64,000 nt of DNA, taken from Mesorhizobium sp. (GTDB lineage: Bacteria > Pseudomonadota > Alphaproteobacteria > Rhizobiales > Rhizobiaceae). The DNA lies in the NCBI GenBank assembly GCA_049647745.1, contig JBARYG010000002.1:13383-77382 (forward strand), read 5' to 3'. The notes below the pieces were generated by a model. That model saw nothing but the letters and a program-made list of their open reading frames with translations, was not told the origin of the DNA and did no database searches. Below are positions 9,096 through 19,432 of this stretch, piece by piece; the first letter of the stretch is position 1, and every line of letters begins with the position of its first letter. The translations under genes and the position numbers were made by a program.

Positions 9096-9695
9096 CTACG
9101 CGAGGCGAATGTGCCTAACTTCAAGGCCCTTCTTGCCATGCTCGCATTCGATAAACACCTTCTGCGTCTCCATCAGTCCTGCAAGCCCTGATCGGGTCAA
9201 TGCTGATGCATGAACAAAGACGTCTTTTTCACCGTTCTCCGGAGTAATGAAGCCAAAGCCCTTTTCGGCATTGTACCACTTAACCGTGCCCCCGCTTTCC
9301 TGCCGCGCGGAGGATCCTCCAGCTAAATTTCCGCTGGGCTGCAAAATCGGCGTGGGCTTTGTGATCTCCCTGCTGATTTCCAGTACTTGTGCGATCTGAG
9401 GGCCTTTGAGGCTCTCCTCGATCCTGACCTTGAGGCGCATTCCCTCGGAAACGCCATGGCATCCAGCGGCTTCCAGCACATGGATGTGCAGATAGGCTTG
9501 CGAGCCATCTGATACCTCGACGAATCCAAACCCCCTGTTCACATTGAACCATGCCACCTCGGCATCGATAGAAGCCGTGCTCATGACAGTTTGCCGCTGG
9601 AAGTAACTTGGCTCGGTGACTTCCTTGGAAAGCAGGTCAAGCTGATCAGAACGGCCACGCCGATGCGGCTCCCGATGCTTCCTGTATCTACCCAT
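9096..9695 (-). CDS. Protein with two cold-shock domains
   Basis: Two CSD cores: [22 protein letters not shown] and [29 protein letters not shown]. Start taken at [14 protein letters not shown]; ATG 9584 is an alternative. Confidence 0.8.
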   Translation of the reverse strand: MGRYRKHREPHRRGRSDQLDLLSKEVTEPSYFQRQTVMSTASIDAEVAWFNVNRGFGFVEVSDGSQAYLHIHVLEAAGCHGVSEGMRLKVRIEESLKGPQIAQVLEISREITKPTPILQPSGNLAGGSSARQESGGTVKWYNAEKGFGFITPENGEKDVFVHASALTRSGLAGLMETQKVFIECEHGKKGLEVRHIRLA

Positions 9696-10136
9696 GATCG
9701 TCTCTATCGGCTCGGAACGTGTGCGCTGCGTCCCTGTCGAGATAATTCCTGTAGGACGGAGAACTTGTGTCAATGACCATGGTGGCGCATAGCGCCCTCA
9801 TGACAAAGCCCCCGGCTCTTCTCCAAAACTCCACCATGAGGGCCACATCCTTGCAGGGGATGAAGACCGTATTTTGACCTGGCCTCGGATCTATATCCCA
9901 GCCCGCCAAATTCGCTCCTAGAGTGATCCTTTTGCGTATAGCGGCGGCTTTGTCGTTGCGCTAGGACAAGTAAAATGTCGCGACGCTGGGTGCTTATTCG
10001 ATGAGCTTCCGGCGCCCGGCGTACCGGGGCTTATCGAGTAGCCCGACTTTCTGGCTGGATTCGTTTACGTCCGAATAGAGTCCGTTTGACCTGCCACTGA
10101 ACTGTCATCCAGCGGCGATTAGAGTATCCGTTTTGA

Positions 10137-11080
10137 TCAAGCGCATTTTGGCGTCCATTTTCTGCGTGCGTGAAGAAGTGCGTTGGCGAGGACGATGAGC
10201 TTTCGCATGACGGCGGTGATGGCGACCTTTTTTGGCTTTCCGGCCGCGACGAGCTGGTCGTATTTGGCTTTGAGGTCGGGATTGAAGCGGGCCGCTACCA
10301 GGGCTGGCATATAGAGAGCTTGGCGTATCTGCGCCCTGCCACCATGAACGAAGGCTCGTCCCGTCCACTGGCCGGACTGGCGTGTTTGCTGCGCCAATCC
10401 GGAAAGGCTCGCGGCCACGCTCTGGTCGAGGGCGCCAAACTCCGGCATCTCGATGACGAAGGTCGCGGCGGTGATCTCTGCGACGCCGGGGATCGAAAGA
10501 AGGATCGCGTGCCGCGCCGCCAGATCGGGCTCTGCGGCGATGCGCGCTTCGATCTCGTCGTCGATGGCCGCGAGTTGACGATCAATCTGCTTCAAACGCT
10601 CGGTGTTCTGGCGCTTTGGTAGCGCGAGCGTCAGGGCTTGCCCCTATTCCTGGCCGCTGCCCTGTCCTTGACGAGAGCCTGCCGACAGATCAGCAACTCC
10701 TTGAGATCGCTTAAGGCAACACTGTGGACCGGTCGCGGTTCAAGCGCGAGGCACTCGCCCATGCGGGCCAGCAAAGCGGCATCGAGGCGATCGGTCTTGG
10801 CCAGGCGTCCGATGGCTTGTGCAAAGCGTCGGGCCTGTCGAGGATTGACCTTGACGACAGGCAAGTGTGCCTCCGCAAGTCGTCGTTCGAGGAGGCGATG
10901 ATAAGCCCCGGTCGCCTCGAAGACGATCCGGGCAGGCACCGGACCCTGTGCCGATATCCAGTGCAAAAGCGCCGTCAGGCCGGGCTTGTTGTTGGTGAAC
11001 TGCCGGGTATCGCCACCAGGCACGCGGCAAACGTCGAGCGTGGCTTTCGAGATATCGATGCCGATGGTAATATCTGTCAT
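10137..11080 (-). mobile_element. IS110-family transposase, split by a frameshift in a C4/G4 run at 10641-10644
   Basis: N-terminal DEDD part is MTDITIGIDISKATLDV (10631-11080). The C-terminal part (open from 10643) is ..LPKRQNTERLKQIDRQ..SIPGVAEITAATFV..QSGQWTGRAFVHGGRAQIRQALYMPALVA. The two frames join at AGGGGC. Confidence 0.8.
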
Positions 11081-11276
11081 CTTTTGCCGAGCCTCTGCTT
11101 GTCATTCGGGCTTCGATGCCCGGGTATCCGTTCAGGCCTTCGGGAAAAGACGAGGGTGATCCAACTCTAATTCGGCCCGTCCAACGGCCAGCCTCGATGC
11201 GATCCCTCCCTCGCCGCCACGGAAGAGATGCAGCCCCTCTCGTGGCGGTTCATTCTCGCCTGTTCGGCACAGAAAG

Positions 11277-11735
11277 TCATAAGACAGCCTCGACCGTTTC
11301 TGTTCCGCCGTTTGGCGTGGGTTGAGCAGCCAGCGCAGCGCTGGAGCCGGTTGCGGCGATAATCGCGGCGAAGGCCGCTGGGGTCTGGTAGCCGAGCGAG
11401 GAATGGGGTCTCGCGGTGTTGAAGTCCTGCCTCCATTCGGCGATGGCGCTTCGGGCGTGGCCGAGGCCAAAGGACAGGCACTCGTTCAAAAGCTCGTCGC
11501 GCATTCGGCCGTTGAAGGATTCGACGTAGCCGTTTTGCATCGGCTTTCCCGGCGCGATGTAGTGCCACTCGACGCGATGATCCTTCGACCAGGCGAGGAT
11601 CGCGTTCGAGGTGAACTCGGAAACGATCATGCCGGGCTTGCCACGCTCGGCGATCAGGTCCGTCAATTCGCGAGCGACACGGCGGCCGGAGAGCGAAGTG
11701 TCCGGGATCGCGGATTGAAACCAATCCGGCCATAT
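11277..11735 (-). mobile_element. IS3-family OrfB (integrase-core) C-terminal fragment
   Basis: [64 protein letters not shown]. No OrfA or N-terminal catalytic part. Confidence 0.75.
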
Positions 11736-11851
11736 GTATCTCGTTCAGACTGGTCTAGCGTGTATGATATCCGCGCTTAAGAGCGGCAATAGTGTGAGTT
11801 GCAATTGACAGGATCGGAAGTGGTCACAGGCGGCTTCAAAACAGGCAACGA

Positions 11852-12676
11852 TCAGTCCACGAACGCACGCTCAACGACGAATTCGGCCGGCATCGAGTTT
11901 GACCCTTCAGTCAGGCCGGCCATTTCCACCAGCGCCCTGACATCGCGGATCATGTCCATCGAACCGCAGATCATCACCCGATCAACGCCCGCGTCAAACG
12001 GCGGAACGCCGAGATCCGCGAACAGCTTGCCGCTCTTGATCAGAGAAGTGATGCGACCGATACGCACATGAGGTTCGCGCGTAGCAGTCGCGTAGTGGAA
12101 GAAGCGATCCTGAACGAGATCTCCGATTAGCGGGTCCTCGACGAGGTTCTTCGCCAGTTCCTCACCATAGGTCAGCTCGGCCACCTCGCGGCAGGTGTGG
12201 GTCAGGATAACCTGTTCGAACTTGTCGTAAGTTTCCGGACCACGCACGATACTGGCAAAGGGCGCGATGCCGGTCCCGGTCGATATCATCCACAACCGCC
12301 TGCCCGGCGTCAGCGCATCGAGGACCAGCGTTCCCGTCGGCTTGGCGCGCAGCAATATGGTGTCGCCCGGTGTGATTTTCTGCAGGTGACTGGTCAGCGG
12401 ACCATCCGGCACCTTGATCGACAGGAATTCCAGTTCCTCGTCCCAGGAGGGGCTGGCGATGGAGTAGGCCCTGAATACCGGCTTCATCGCATTGGGCAGG
12501 CCAATCATCACGAACTCGCCCGGGCGGAAGCGAAAGCTCTGTGGCCGGGTGATACGGAACGAGAACAACCGGCCCGTATAATGGCGCACGGAGATCACCT
12601 TCTCGGCGTGAACCCCAACGGGAGGCGGAAATTCGCAAATGGCGGCGTCTGTCTGCTGGCGCACTGCTTGTGTCAT
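11852..12676 (-). CDS. fpr: Ferredoxin-NADP+ reductase (bacterial Fpr type)
   Basis: 274 aa with FSFRITRPQSFRFRPGEFVMIG, RAYSIASP and MISTGTGIAPFASI, the FNR-fold FAD/NADP motifs. Confidence 0.9.
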   Translation of the reverse strand: MTQAVRQQTDAAICEFPPPVGVHAEKVISVRHYTGRLFSFRITRPQSFRFRPGEFVMIGLPNAMKPVFRAYSIASPSWDEELEFLSIKVPDGPLTSHLQKITPGDTILLRAKPTGTLVLDALTPGRRLWMISTGTGIAPFASIVRGPETYDKFEQVILTHTCREVAELTYGEELAKNLVEDPLIGDLVQDRFFHYATATREPHVRIGRITSLIKSGKLFADLGVPPFDAGVDRVMICGSMDMIRDVRALVEMAGLTEGSNSMPAEFVVERAFVD

Positions 12677-12828
12677 TTTTGGTATCCTGTTTGTCGATGA
12701 TCGATGGGGAGCGAGTCCTAACCGTTAAAACCAGGCTGATGGGCCGCCGCAGCAATCGGGTAGCGCCGCGCTGCCGACACGCTTCCTGTCTATGCCGAAA
12801 AGCCCCTCCTGGCACGGCAAGTGCCTTC

Positions 12829-13821
12829 TCAAACGGAAGTCCAGTTTCCGTCATGCGACAGGATATGGGCCTCGACGCCGACCATGCCTTCAAGCACAGC
12901 CATGATCTCCTTGACGTCCATCAGATTGAAGGCGGTGGAGAGCGCGTCGGCAAGCGCCGCCTGCCCGGCCACGACGGTGACACCGGCATGACGCTGGGGC
13001 GTGGCCCCGCTGCGCGGATCGATGATGTGGCTGAATTGGCCCTGTGCATCAAAGCGAAAGCCGAACGGGCTCGACGTGGCCACGGCGCGGTCCTCCACTT
13101 CAAGTACTTTGAGGACGCGAGCCGTATCGAGCGGATCGGAAATGCCGACCCGCCACCGCCTGTCATTCCACGCCGGGCCGATAGCGCGGCTCTCGCCCAT
13201 GTCGACCATGGAGTGCTCGATGCCACCGGCCTTCAGTAAGTCCACTACTTTGTCTGTTATATAGCCTTGGGCGATCCCGTTGAGCGTGATCGCAGAGCCC
13301 GAAACCGGCAATTCGATGCGATCAGACGAGCAAGCGACCCGATTGAGGCCGACACGGGCAAGGCACTCCCGCAGCACCTTGGCCGAAGGGCCGGCTTCCG
13401 AGGCACCGGGCGACGAGAAGTGGCGCCGATAGGAATCCCACAGCGGCTGCACGGTGGGATCGAAGGCACCACCGGTGAGCGCACAGGCATCACTGCTTTG
13501 ACGCAATATCTCCACGAGTTCCTTCGGCGGCGAGACGAGGAAGCGCTGCCGGTTGAGCAGGGTGAGGTCGGAATCGTCACGGTAGAGGCTGAAGATGCGC
13601 TCCAGCCGGCGTACCTCGGCGACCGTGGCTTCCACCAGCTTTTGCGCCTTCGCGCGGTCCGGATGATGGATGACAAGCGAAGCCTGCGCGCCCATCGCCT
13701 CACCCTGCCATGTCACTACTTCGGGCATGGCCGCAGCGCTCCCGAACGGCAGCAGCGCCATGCCGGTCGCGGCGGCGCTGATGCCGATCATGCGACGGCG
13801 GGTCATCGGTCCGGAAATCAT
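12829..13821 (-). CDS. nosX: NosX, ApbE-family FAD:protein FMN transferase
   Basis: ATG 13821 lies 2 nt after the nosL stop, with GGAGG upstream. Tat-type TRRRMIGISAAATG. ApbE-like body. The longer 463-aa ORF extension is Arg/Pro-rich and overlaps nosL. Confidence 0.9.
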   Translation of the reverse strand: MISGPMTRRRMIGISAAATGMALLPFGSAAAMPEVVTWQGEAMGAQASLVIHHPDRAKAQKLVEATVAEVRRLERIFSLYRDDSDLTLLNRQRFLVSPPKELVEILRQSSDACALTGGAFDPTVQPLWDSYRRHFSSPGASEAGPSAKVLRECLARVGLNRVACSSDRIELPVSGSAITLNGIAQGYITDKVVDLLKAGGIEHSMVDMGESRAIGPAWNDRRWRVGISDPLDTARVLKVLEVEDRAVATSSPFGFRFDAQGQFSHIIDPRSGATPQRHAGVTVVAGQAALADALSTAFNLMDVKEIMAVLEGMVGVEAHILSHDGNWTSV

Positions 13822-13822
13822 G

Positions 13823-14362
13823 TCAGTGAACCTCCCCAGAAGACGCAGGCGCATCGCCGTCGCCGGCTTGCTGCTCCAGAATGTAATCGCGCGGAACGGC
13901 ATCGAAGCGCACGACTTCGCCGCCATGGTCGCCGGCAAAGGCTTTCGCCGCCTCTTCGGTGGAGAAGGGTACGGCCTCGGCGGCGCCCATGCCGCCCTTC
14001 CGGTTGCTGCCAATAACGAAGAATGCCTGTCGGGCGTCCACCCAGTTGTCGGCCCCGGGTTCGTCCCATGTCGGCGCCTTGGCCATGTCGGAGACATAGA
14101 TCGCGCGGATATCCTTCGGCTCCTCCGGCAGCATGGTGAAGGCGATTGCGTCGCGGGCAGACGAAAACCAGATCGGTTCATCATATTTGGCGAGGATGAC
14201 CTGGCCCTTGGGTCCAGCATGTTCGAGGATGTTCATGCCGCAATAGCGCCCCATTGCGTCCTCCGTCATGGCGAAGGGCGTGGGCGGCGCCTCCGCCTCG
14301 CGCTGGCAGGCGCCGAGCGCCAGCAGGCCGGCGAGGATCGCAATCGTCAAGCGCGGTCTCAC
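13823..14362 (-). CDS. nosL: NosL copper-chaperone lipoprotein
   Basis: GTGA overlap with the nosY stop. Lipobox LLALGAC. MGRYCGMNILEH motif typical of NosL. Confidence 0.9.
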   Translation of the reverse strand: MRPRLTIAILAGLLALGACQREAEAPPTPFAMTEDAMGRYCGMNILEHAGPKGQVILAKYDEPIWFSSARDAIAFTMLPEEPKDIRAIYVSDMAKAPTWDEPGADNWVDARQAFFVIGSNRKGGMGAAEAVPFSTEEAAKAFAGDHGGEVVRFDAVPRDYILEQQAGDGDAPASSGEVH

Positions 14363-15189
14363 AGTTCTCTCCTCGAAAAGGCGGCCGCCGCCAGCGCCAT
14401 CGGCGCAACGACCCACGCCGCGAGCGCGGCCAGCAGTGCAGCCGGCCCCAGCGCTGCGTTCTGCACGATGTCGGCCATGCCCGAAGCAGCCGCGATATCG
14501 TCCGATCCGGCAAGGTTGAACAGGCGGTAGGCGTCGGTCGGATTAAACAAAAGCAGCGCATCCAGCACCCCGCCACTGACGAAGTGCCCCTGGTCGGCGA
14601 CCAGCAGCCCCAGCAGCGCCATGTCGTAGAGGATGACGAACACCAGCCAGATGCCAATGGCGATGCCGGCGGCGGTGCCTCGGTCGCGCGCCAGCGCGCT
14701 GACCAGATAGCCGATGGCGACGAACACCGCGCCAAGCAGCACCGAGGAAGCGGTCATCATCATGAACGCCGCCCAGCTTCCGCCACCGATCGCCTTGCTG
14801 GTGGCCATCAGTGCCACCGCCGAAAGCCCGTAGCCAACGCAGGTGGCGAAGGCGAGGATGGCGATATGGCCAAGGAATTTGCCGAACAGAACCTGGCTGC
14901 GTCGAACCGGATAGGAGAGAAGCAAAGTCATGGTGCCGCGATCGATCTCGCCGACGACGGCGTCGTGAGAGATGAGCAACGCGATCAGCGGCACGATGAA
15001 GATGGTGAGGCTGGCGAGGCTGATGACGACGACGTCGAGCGCGCCGGCGCCGACGGTGCCGGTCGGCGCGCTGCCCAGAAAGGCAAGCGTCAGCGCCAGC
15101 GCCGCCAGAAGCCCGGTCGCCGCCAACACCCAGCGATTGCGCAGGCCCTCGCGCACCTCCTTGGCCGCAAGTAGAAGGATCGTGTTCAT
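14359..15189 (-). CDS. nosY: NosY ABC-2 type permease
   Basis: 276 aa, six hydrophobic helices, and position between nosF and nosL. Confidence 0.9.
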   Translation of the reverse strand: MNTILLLAAKEVREGLRNRWVLAATGLLAALALTLAFLGSAPTGTVGAGALDVVVISLASLTIFIVPLIALLISHDAVVGEIDRGTMTLLLSYPVRRSQVLFGKFLGHIAILAFATCVGYGLSAVALMATSKAIGGGSWAAFMMMTASSVLLGAVFVAIGYLVSALARDRGTAAGIAIGIWLVFVILYDMALLGLLVADQGHFVSGGVLDALLLFNPTDAYRLFNLAGSDDIAAASGMADIVQNAALGPAALLAALAAWVVAPMALAAAAFSRREL

Positions 15190-16103
15190 CTGGAAGTCCT
15201 CCCGGCCAGGAAATGGGCGTAGAGTTCGTCGAGGCCAGGCGGAACCATATCGAGGTCGACGAAGGGTACACCCTCGCCTGCGGCACGACGCAGGAAGGCG
15301 GCCTTGTCCTCCGGCGTGGCATCCAGTTCGATGATATGACCGTTGATCTGCTTCAGGCCGGAGGGCTCACCTATCCATTCCCGCAAGCGCTGGGCGCCGC
15401 CCTCAGCGGCTCTCAAACGGATCCTGGTCGGCAGCCGCGCGATGTGGCGCAATTCATCCAGAGAACCATCGGCAATCTTGCGACCCTCGTTCATGATGAT
15501 GACGCGGCCGGCATTGCCTTCCAATTCGTTCAGCGCATGCGAGCATAAAAGCACGGTGGCGCCCGCCGCACCCATTTCGCGCACAATCCCATAGAACTGC
15601 TGGCGCAGTTCCGGATCGAGCCCGGTGGTCGGCTCGTCCAGCAACAGCACCGCAGGCGTGCCGATCATGGCCTGAGTCAGGCCCAGCCGCTGGCGCATGC
15701 CCTTGGAATAGGTGCCGACGCGCCGGTCTGCCGCGTGGGCAAGGCCAAGCCGTTCAAGCAGCCCATCCTCTTCTTTAGGCCTGCCTCCCTTGAGCCGGAC
15801 ATAGAAGCGCAGCGTCTCGCGGCCGGTCAGCGCGGGATTGAAAGACACGTTCTCCGGCAGGTAGCCGAGCCGCCGGCGCACGGCGGCGTCGCCTGCCGCC
15901 GGATCCTGGCCAAGCACGGCGACGGAGCCGGCGGTGGGACGCACGAGCCCCAGCATCAGCTTGATGAGCGTGGTCTTGCCGGCGCCGTTGTGGCCCACCA
16001 GTGCAATCACCTCGCCGGGGCCGGCCGAAAAGGACACGTCGTCCACTGCCTTGACCGGGCCGTAATGCCGTGCTGCCGACTTCAGTTCGACATTGAGGCT
16101 CAT
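15186..16103 (-). CDS. nosF: NosF ABC transporter ATPase
   Basis: ATGA overlap with the nosD stop. Walker A GHNGAGKTT and Walker B LLLDEPTTGLD. Confidence 0.92.
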   Translation of the reverse strand: MSLNVELKSAARHYGPVKAVDDVSFSAGPGEVIALVGHNGAGKTTLIKLMLGLVRPTAGSVAVLGQDPAAGDAAVRRRLGYLPENVSFNPALTGRETLRFYVRLKGGRPKEEDGLLERLGLAHAADRRVGTYSKGMRQRLGLTQAMIGTPAVLLLDEPTTGLDPELRQQFYGIVREMGAAGATVLLCSHALNELEGNAGRVIIMNEGRKIADGSLDELRHIARLPTRIRLRAAEGGAQRLREWIGEPSGLKQINGHIIELDATPEDKAAFLRRAAGEGVPFVDLDMVPPGLDELYAHFLAGRTSR

Positions 16104-17479
16104 GGTGTCTCCGTTTCCTTGATGCCGTCCGGCTTCATCAGCGGATGATTGTCGACGACGCCGCCGGGGAAGACCGTTGGAAAGCGGGCCTGCGCCCAGC
16201 GGATCACCTGAACGGCCGGGCTGTTGACCAGTACCTTGGCCGCCGGCGCTTCCCACAGCACGCGGTCGATCATGTCGTTCGGGCGGTAGGGATTATCGGC
16301 AAGCCCGTCGCCGTCGAGGTCGAAGGCGGGATTGTCGCTCCAGTAGTTGCCGCGCCCCCCGCTCGACCAGTCGAGCGAGCGGGTGCCGACATACTTGACC
16401 TGATTGCGGTTGCGTACGAAGGCGTTGCCGCTCATGGCGTTGCCCTCGGAGCCGGCAGTGAAGTGCACGCCGATCTCGCAGCCCTCGAAGAGGTTGCCGG
16501 AGAAACGATTGCGGTTGGCATTGTAGATGAAAACGCATTTTTCAGGGCCGATGCGCATCCCCTTGCGTAACCCGACCGCTTCGCTGGCTTTGGGCATATC
16601 CGGATCTGCGGCGAAACGCTGGCCGTTGCTGGTCCAGCGCTCGGCCGGCTGCGCACGGCCACGCACCACGTTGCCGCTGATCTCAGAAGCGTTGGCGTAA
16701 TTGAAAAGAAAGCCATTGTCACGGTCGCCGTCCGAGACGTTACCGGTGACCTTGAGGCGGTCGGAATACATGATAGCGTAGCCAACGATATTGCCGGTGG
16801 AAACGTTATCGGCGATCACGCTGTTGTTTGTGTACATATAGTGGACGGCGAAACGCAGGTTGCTGAACCTGTTGCCGCGGAATTCGTTCTTCTTGCTAGC
16901 ATTGGCGAAGATGCCGTCGCGGCCAAAGCTGATGTCGTTGTCGAGAACTTTGGCCCCAGGCGAATTCCATACCGAAACGCCGTTGCCGGAACGGCTGGTG
17001 CGCCCTTCGCTTAAACCTTCGATGCGATTGCCCCGCGCCACTGCATCCTGAGCGCCATGAAGTTGGATGCCGTAGAGATTGCCGACGATGATGTTGTCCT
17101 CTATGAGCGCGCGCGTGGCGGTCGGCGCGGCGAATACGCCGGCGTCCAGCGTGTCCAGATCCATTCCCGAACCTTCGATGCGAAGGTTGCGAACGGCGGC
17201 GTCCGGTGCTTCCAGCAGGACGACACTGCCACGGCCATCGCCTTTCAGCACTGCGCCCGGTTCGCCCTGCAGCGTCAGTGCCTTGGAGATGACTACCGGA
17301 CCAACATGCATCCCAGGCGCGAGGCGAACCACGTCACCGGGGTTCGCGCCGTCCACCGCGACCTGCAAGGGCATGGTGTCGGCAGGCACGGCTATCTCCG
17401 CCGCGCCCGCCGGATGGCCGGAAATGGCGGCAAACAGCGCCACCATTCCCATTATCGCGTTATGGAAAGTACGAGCCAC
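16100..17479 (-). CDS. nosD: NosD periplasmic beta-helix protein
   Basis: 459 aa, signal peptide, and repeated parallel beta-helix units (NxIxxN) as in NosD. Confidence 0.92.
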   Translation of the reverse strand: MARTFHNAIMGMVALFAAISGHPAGAAEIAVPADTMPLQVAVDGANPGDVVRLAPGMHVGPVVISKALTLQGEPGAVLKGDGRGSVVLLEAPDAAVRNLRIEGSGMDLDTLDAGVFAAPTATRALIEDNIIVGNLYGIQLHGAQDAVARGNRIEGLSEGRTSRSGNGVSVWNSPGAKVLDNDISFGRDGIFANASKKNEFRGNRFSNLRFAVHYMYTNNSVIADNVSTGNIVGYAIMYSDRLKVTGNVSDGDRDNGFLFNYANASEISGNVVRGRAQPAERWTSNGQRFAADPDMPKASEAVGLRKGMRIGPEKCVFIYNANRNRFSGNLFEGCEIGVHFTAGSEGNAMSGNAFVRNRNQVKYVGTRSLDWSSGGRGNYWSDNPAFDLDGDGLADNPYRPNDMIDRVLWEAPAAKVLVNSPAVQVIRWAQARFPTVFPGGVVDNHPLMKPDGIKETETP

Positions 17480-17482
17480 GTC

Positions 17483-19414
17483 CTAGGCGCCCTGCGGTTC
17501 CACGAGCATGCGGCCCTGCATCTCCATGTGCATGGCGTGGCAGAACCACGAACAGTAATACCAGTAGACACCTGGCTTGCTGGCAGTGAACGTCACTGAG
17601 GCAGTCGCCTGCGGCGCCACTTCCATGTTGATGCCGTAGTTGACGATGGCAAAGCCGTGGGTGAGATCCTCCACCTCGTCGATATTCGTGACATAGACGG
17701 TGACCTCATCGCCCTGTTTGACGTTGAAGCTCTCCAACCCAAAGGCCGGCGCGGAGGACGTCATGTAGACGCGGACCTTGTTTCCGTCGCGGATCACCTC
17801 ACTGTCCATCATCAGGTCGATGCCATCGGCTTTGGCCTGTTTGACAGCATCCTCAAAGAAGGGATCCGCCCTATCCCAGATGCTGATCGGGTTGATCTTC
17901 GAGCGATGGACAAGTGTGGCGTCATGAGGCTCGGCGAAGCTTGGACCGTCATGTACGAGCACCATCTGATCGCCTGAAATATCGATCAACTGGTCGTTCT
18001 CCGGCTTCAGCGGACCAACGTTGAGATAGCGATCCTTGGAGAACTTGTTCAGCGAAATCAGCCATTTGCCATCCGCTTCCTTGGTCTGCCCCATGGACGT
18101 ATGGTTGTGGCCGGGCTGGTAGTGGACATCAAGCTTCTGACGGATCGGATCGACCTTCTCACCGGCGAAGGAACGCTTGGCATCCTCGATGTTCCACTTG
18201 CAGATCTGGCTGTCGATGAAGAGTGTGGTGTAGGCGTTGCCACGGCCGTCATATGCGGTATGCAATGGCCCAAGTCCCAATTCCGGCTCGGCGACCACCG
18301 TGTCGCGCGGCTTGATCTTGTCATCGAATAGATCGTCGAACTTACGCACGTCGAACACGGTCACCGTCGGCGACAACTTGCCGTTTGCCACCACATGGAT
18401 GCCGTCCGGCGCAGTGTTGATGCCGTGCGGGCTGTTGGCCACGGGCACGTAGCGGGTGTAGGGCGAGCCGTGGCGCCCGTCGACGACCGGCACGCCGCCC
18501 ATCTCCTTGAAGTCGCCCTTCTTGACGGCTTCTTCGATGCGCTTGAGGTTGAAGATGACGATCCAGTCCTGCTCCTTCGCCATCATCTGCTCGAGGTTCA
18601 CGCCTTCCTCGGAGTTGTAGCAGGTAGAGAAGGCATATTTGCCCTGATAGTCGGCATCGACATTGTCGAGATTGCCGTCGACCATAACCTGCCAGGCCAC
18701 CTTCATCGTCTCGCCGTCCACGGCGGTGAAGATCGAATGGTACTGCTTGGGATCGTCCAGTATCTTGCCGTCGTTCGGAATCGGCACGCGGTCCTCGCCG
18801 TTACAGAACACATAGCCCGTCTTCGGGTACTTCTGCACACGCAGGCCATGTACAGTGTGCTGGTTAGGCAACTGGATGATCTTGTCGCATTTCATGACGT
18901 CGAGACGGATGCGCGCGACACGGGTATTCGCCTTATCGTTGACGTAAAGGTAGCGACCGTCATAGGTGCCATCCGTCTGCGAGGGGTGCGGATGGTGCAA
19001 GTCGCCGTTGAGATAAATACCACCGCGATCCTTCAGGAACTCCTTCGTTTCGGGAAGCAGCCCTTCCGTCAGGATCTTACGGCTCTCGTTGGTTTCACCC
19101 CAACCGGTCGCACTGCAGCGGTTAAAGACCGGGATGCGCATCATCTCACGCATCGAGGGCGCGCCGACGATACGAACCTCGCCGGTCTGGCCGCTGGAGA
19201 AGAACACGTAGTATTCGTCCAGCTCTCCGGGCTTGACCTCGGCTTCCTGCTCGCCCTTCTCGTCCGCCGCGGCCGGCGATACCACGCCTCCGTTTAGTGC
19301 CAGTCCGCCACCGACCCCTGCGGCACCGGCGGCCGCCATTACAGCGGTGGTGCCCAGCAGTTGGCGTCTACTCAGAATGGCTTTCCGTTCCCGTTCGTCC
19401 TGTGACATGGTCAT
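17483..19414 (-). CDS. nosZ: Nitrous-oxide reductase NosZ (Tat-dependent, clade I)
   Basis: 643 aa. Tat signal [19 protein letters not shown] and C-terminal CuA motif [12 protein letters not shown]. Confidence 0.97.
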   Translation of the reverse strand: MTMSQDERERKAILSRRQLLGTTAVMAAAGAAGVGGGLALNGGVVSPAAADEKGEQEAEVKPGELDEYYVFFSSGQTGEVRIVGAPSMREMMRIPVFNRCSATGWGETNESRKILTEGLLPETKEFLKDRGGIYLNGDLHHPHPSQTDGTYDGRYLYVNDKANTRVARIRLDVMKCDKIIQLPNQHTVHGLRVQKYPKTGYVFCNGEDRVPIPNDGKILDDPKQYHSIFTAVDGETMKVAWQVMVDGNLDNVDADYQGKYAFSTCYNSEEGVNLEQMMAKEQDWIVIFNLKRIEEAVKKGDFKEMGGVPVVDGRHGSPYTRYVPVANSPHGINTAPDGIHVVANGKLSPTVTVFDVRKFDDLFDDKIKPRDTVVAEPELGLGPLHTAYDGRGNAYTTLFIDSQICKWNIEDAKRSFAGEKVDPIRQKLDVHYQPGHNHTSMGQTKEADGKWLISLNKFSKDRYLNVGPLKPENDQLIDISGDQMVLVHDGPSFAEPHDATLVHRSKINPISIWDRADPFFEDAVKQAKADGIDLMMDSEVIRDGNKVRVYMTSSAPAFGLESFNVKQGDEVTVYVTNIDEVEDLTHGFAIVNYGINMEVAPQATASVTFTASKPGVYWYYCSWFCHAMHMEMQGRMLVEPQGA

Positions 19415-19432
19415 TCTCCTTGTTGTGGCCTG

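Noticed and set aside
9688-9909. 73-aa minus-strand ORF upstream of the cold-shock-domain gene
   Set aside because: It overlaps the csp 5' region in another frame and has no ribosome-binding site or similarity. More likely it is part of the long csp leader.
13822-14220. N-terminal extensions of the nosX ORF (also of nosF to 16256, nosR to 21904, nosL to 14416, sqr to 58509, and the Nfu_N-DUF59 gene to 4363)
   Set aside because: The extensions overlap the preceding gene, are Arg/Pro-rich, and precede obvious native starts that have ribosome-binding sites, signal peptides or start/stop overlaps. Shorter starts were chosen.
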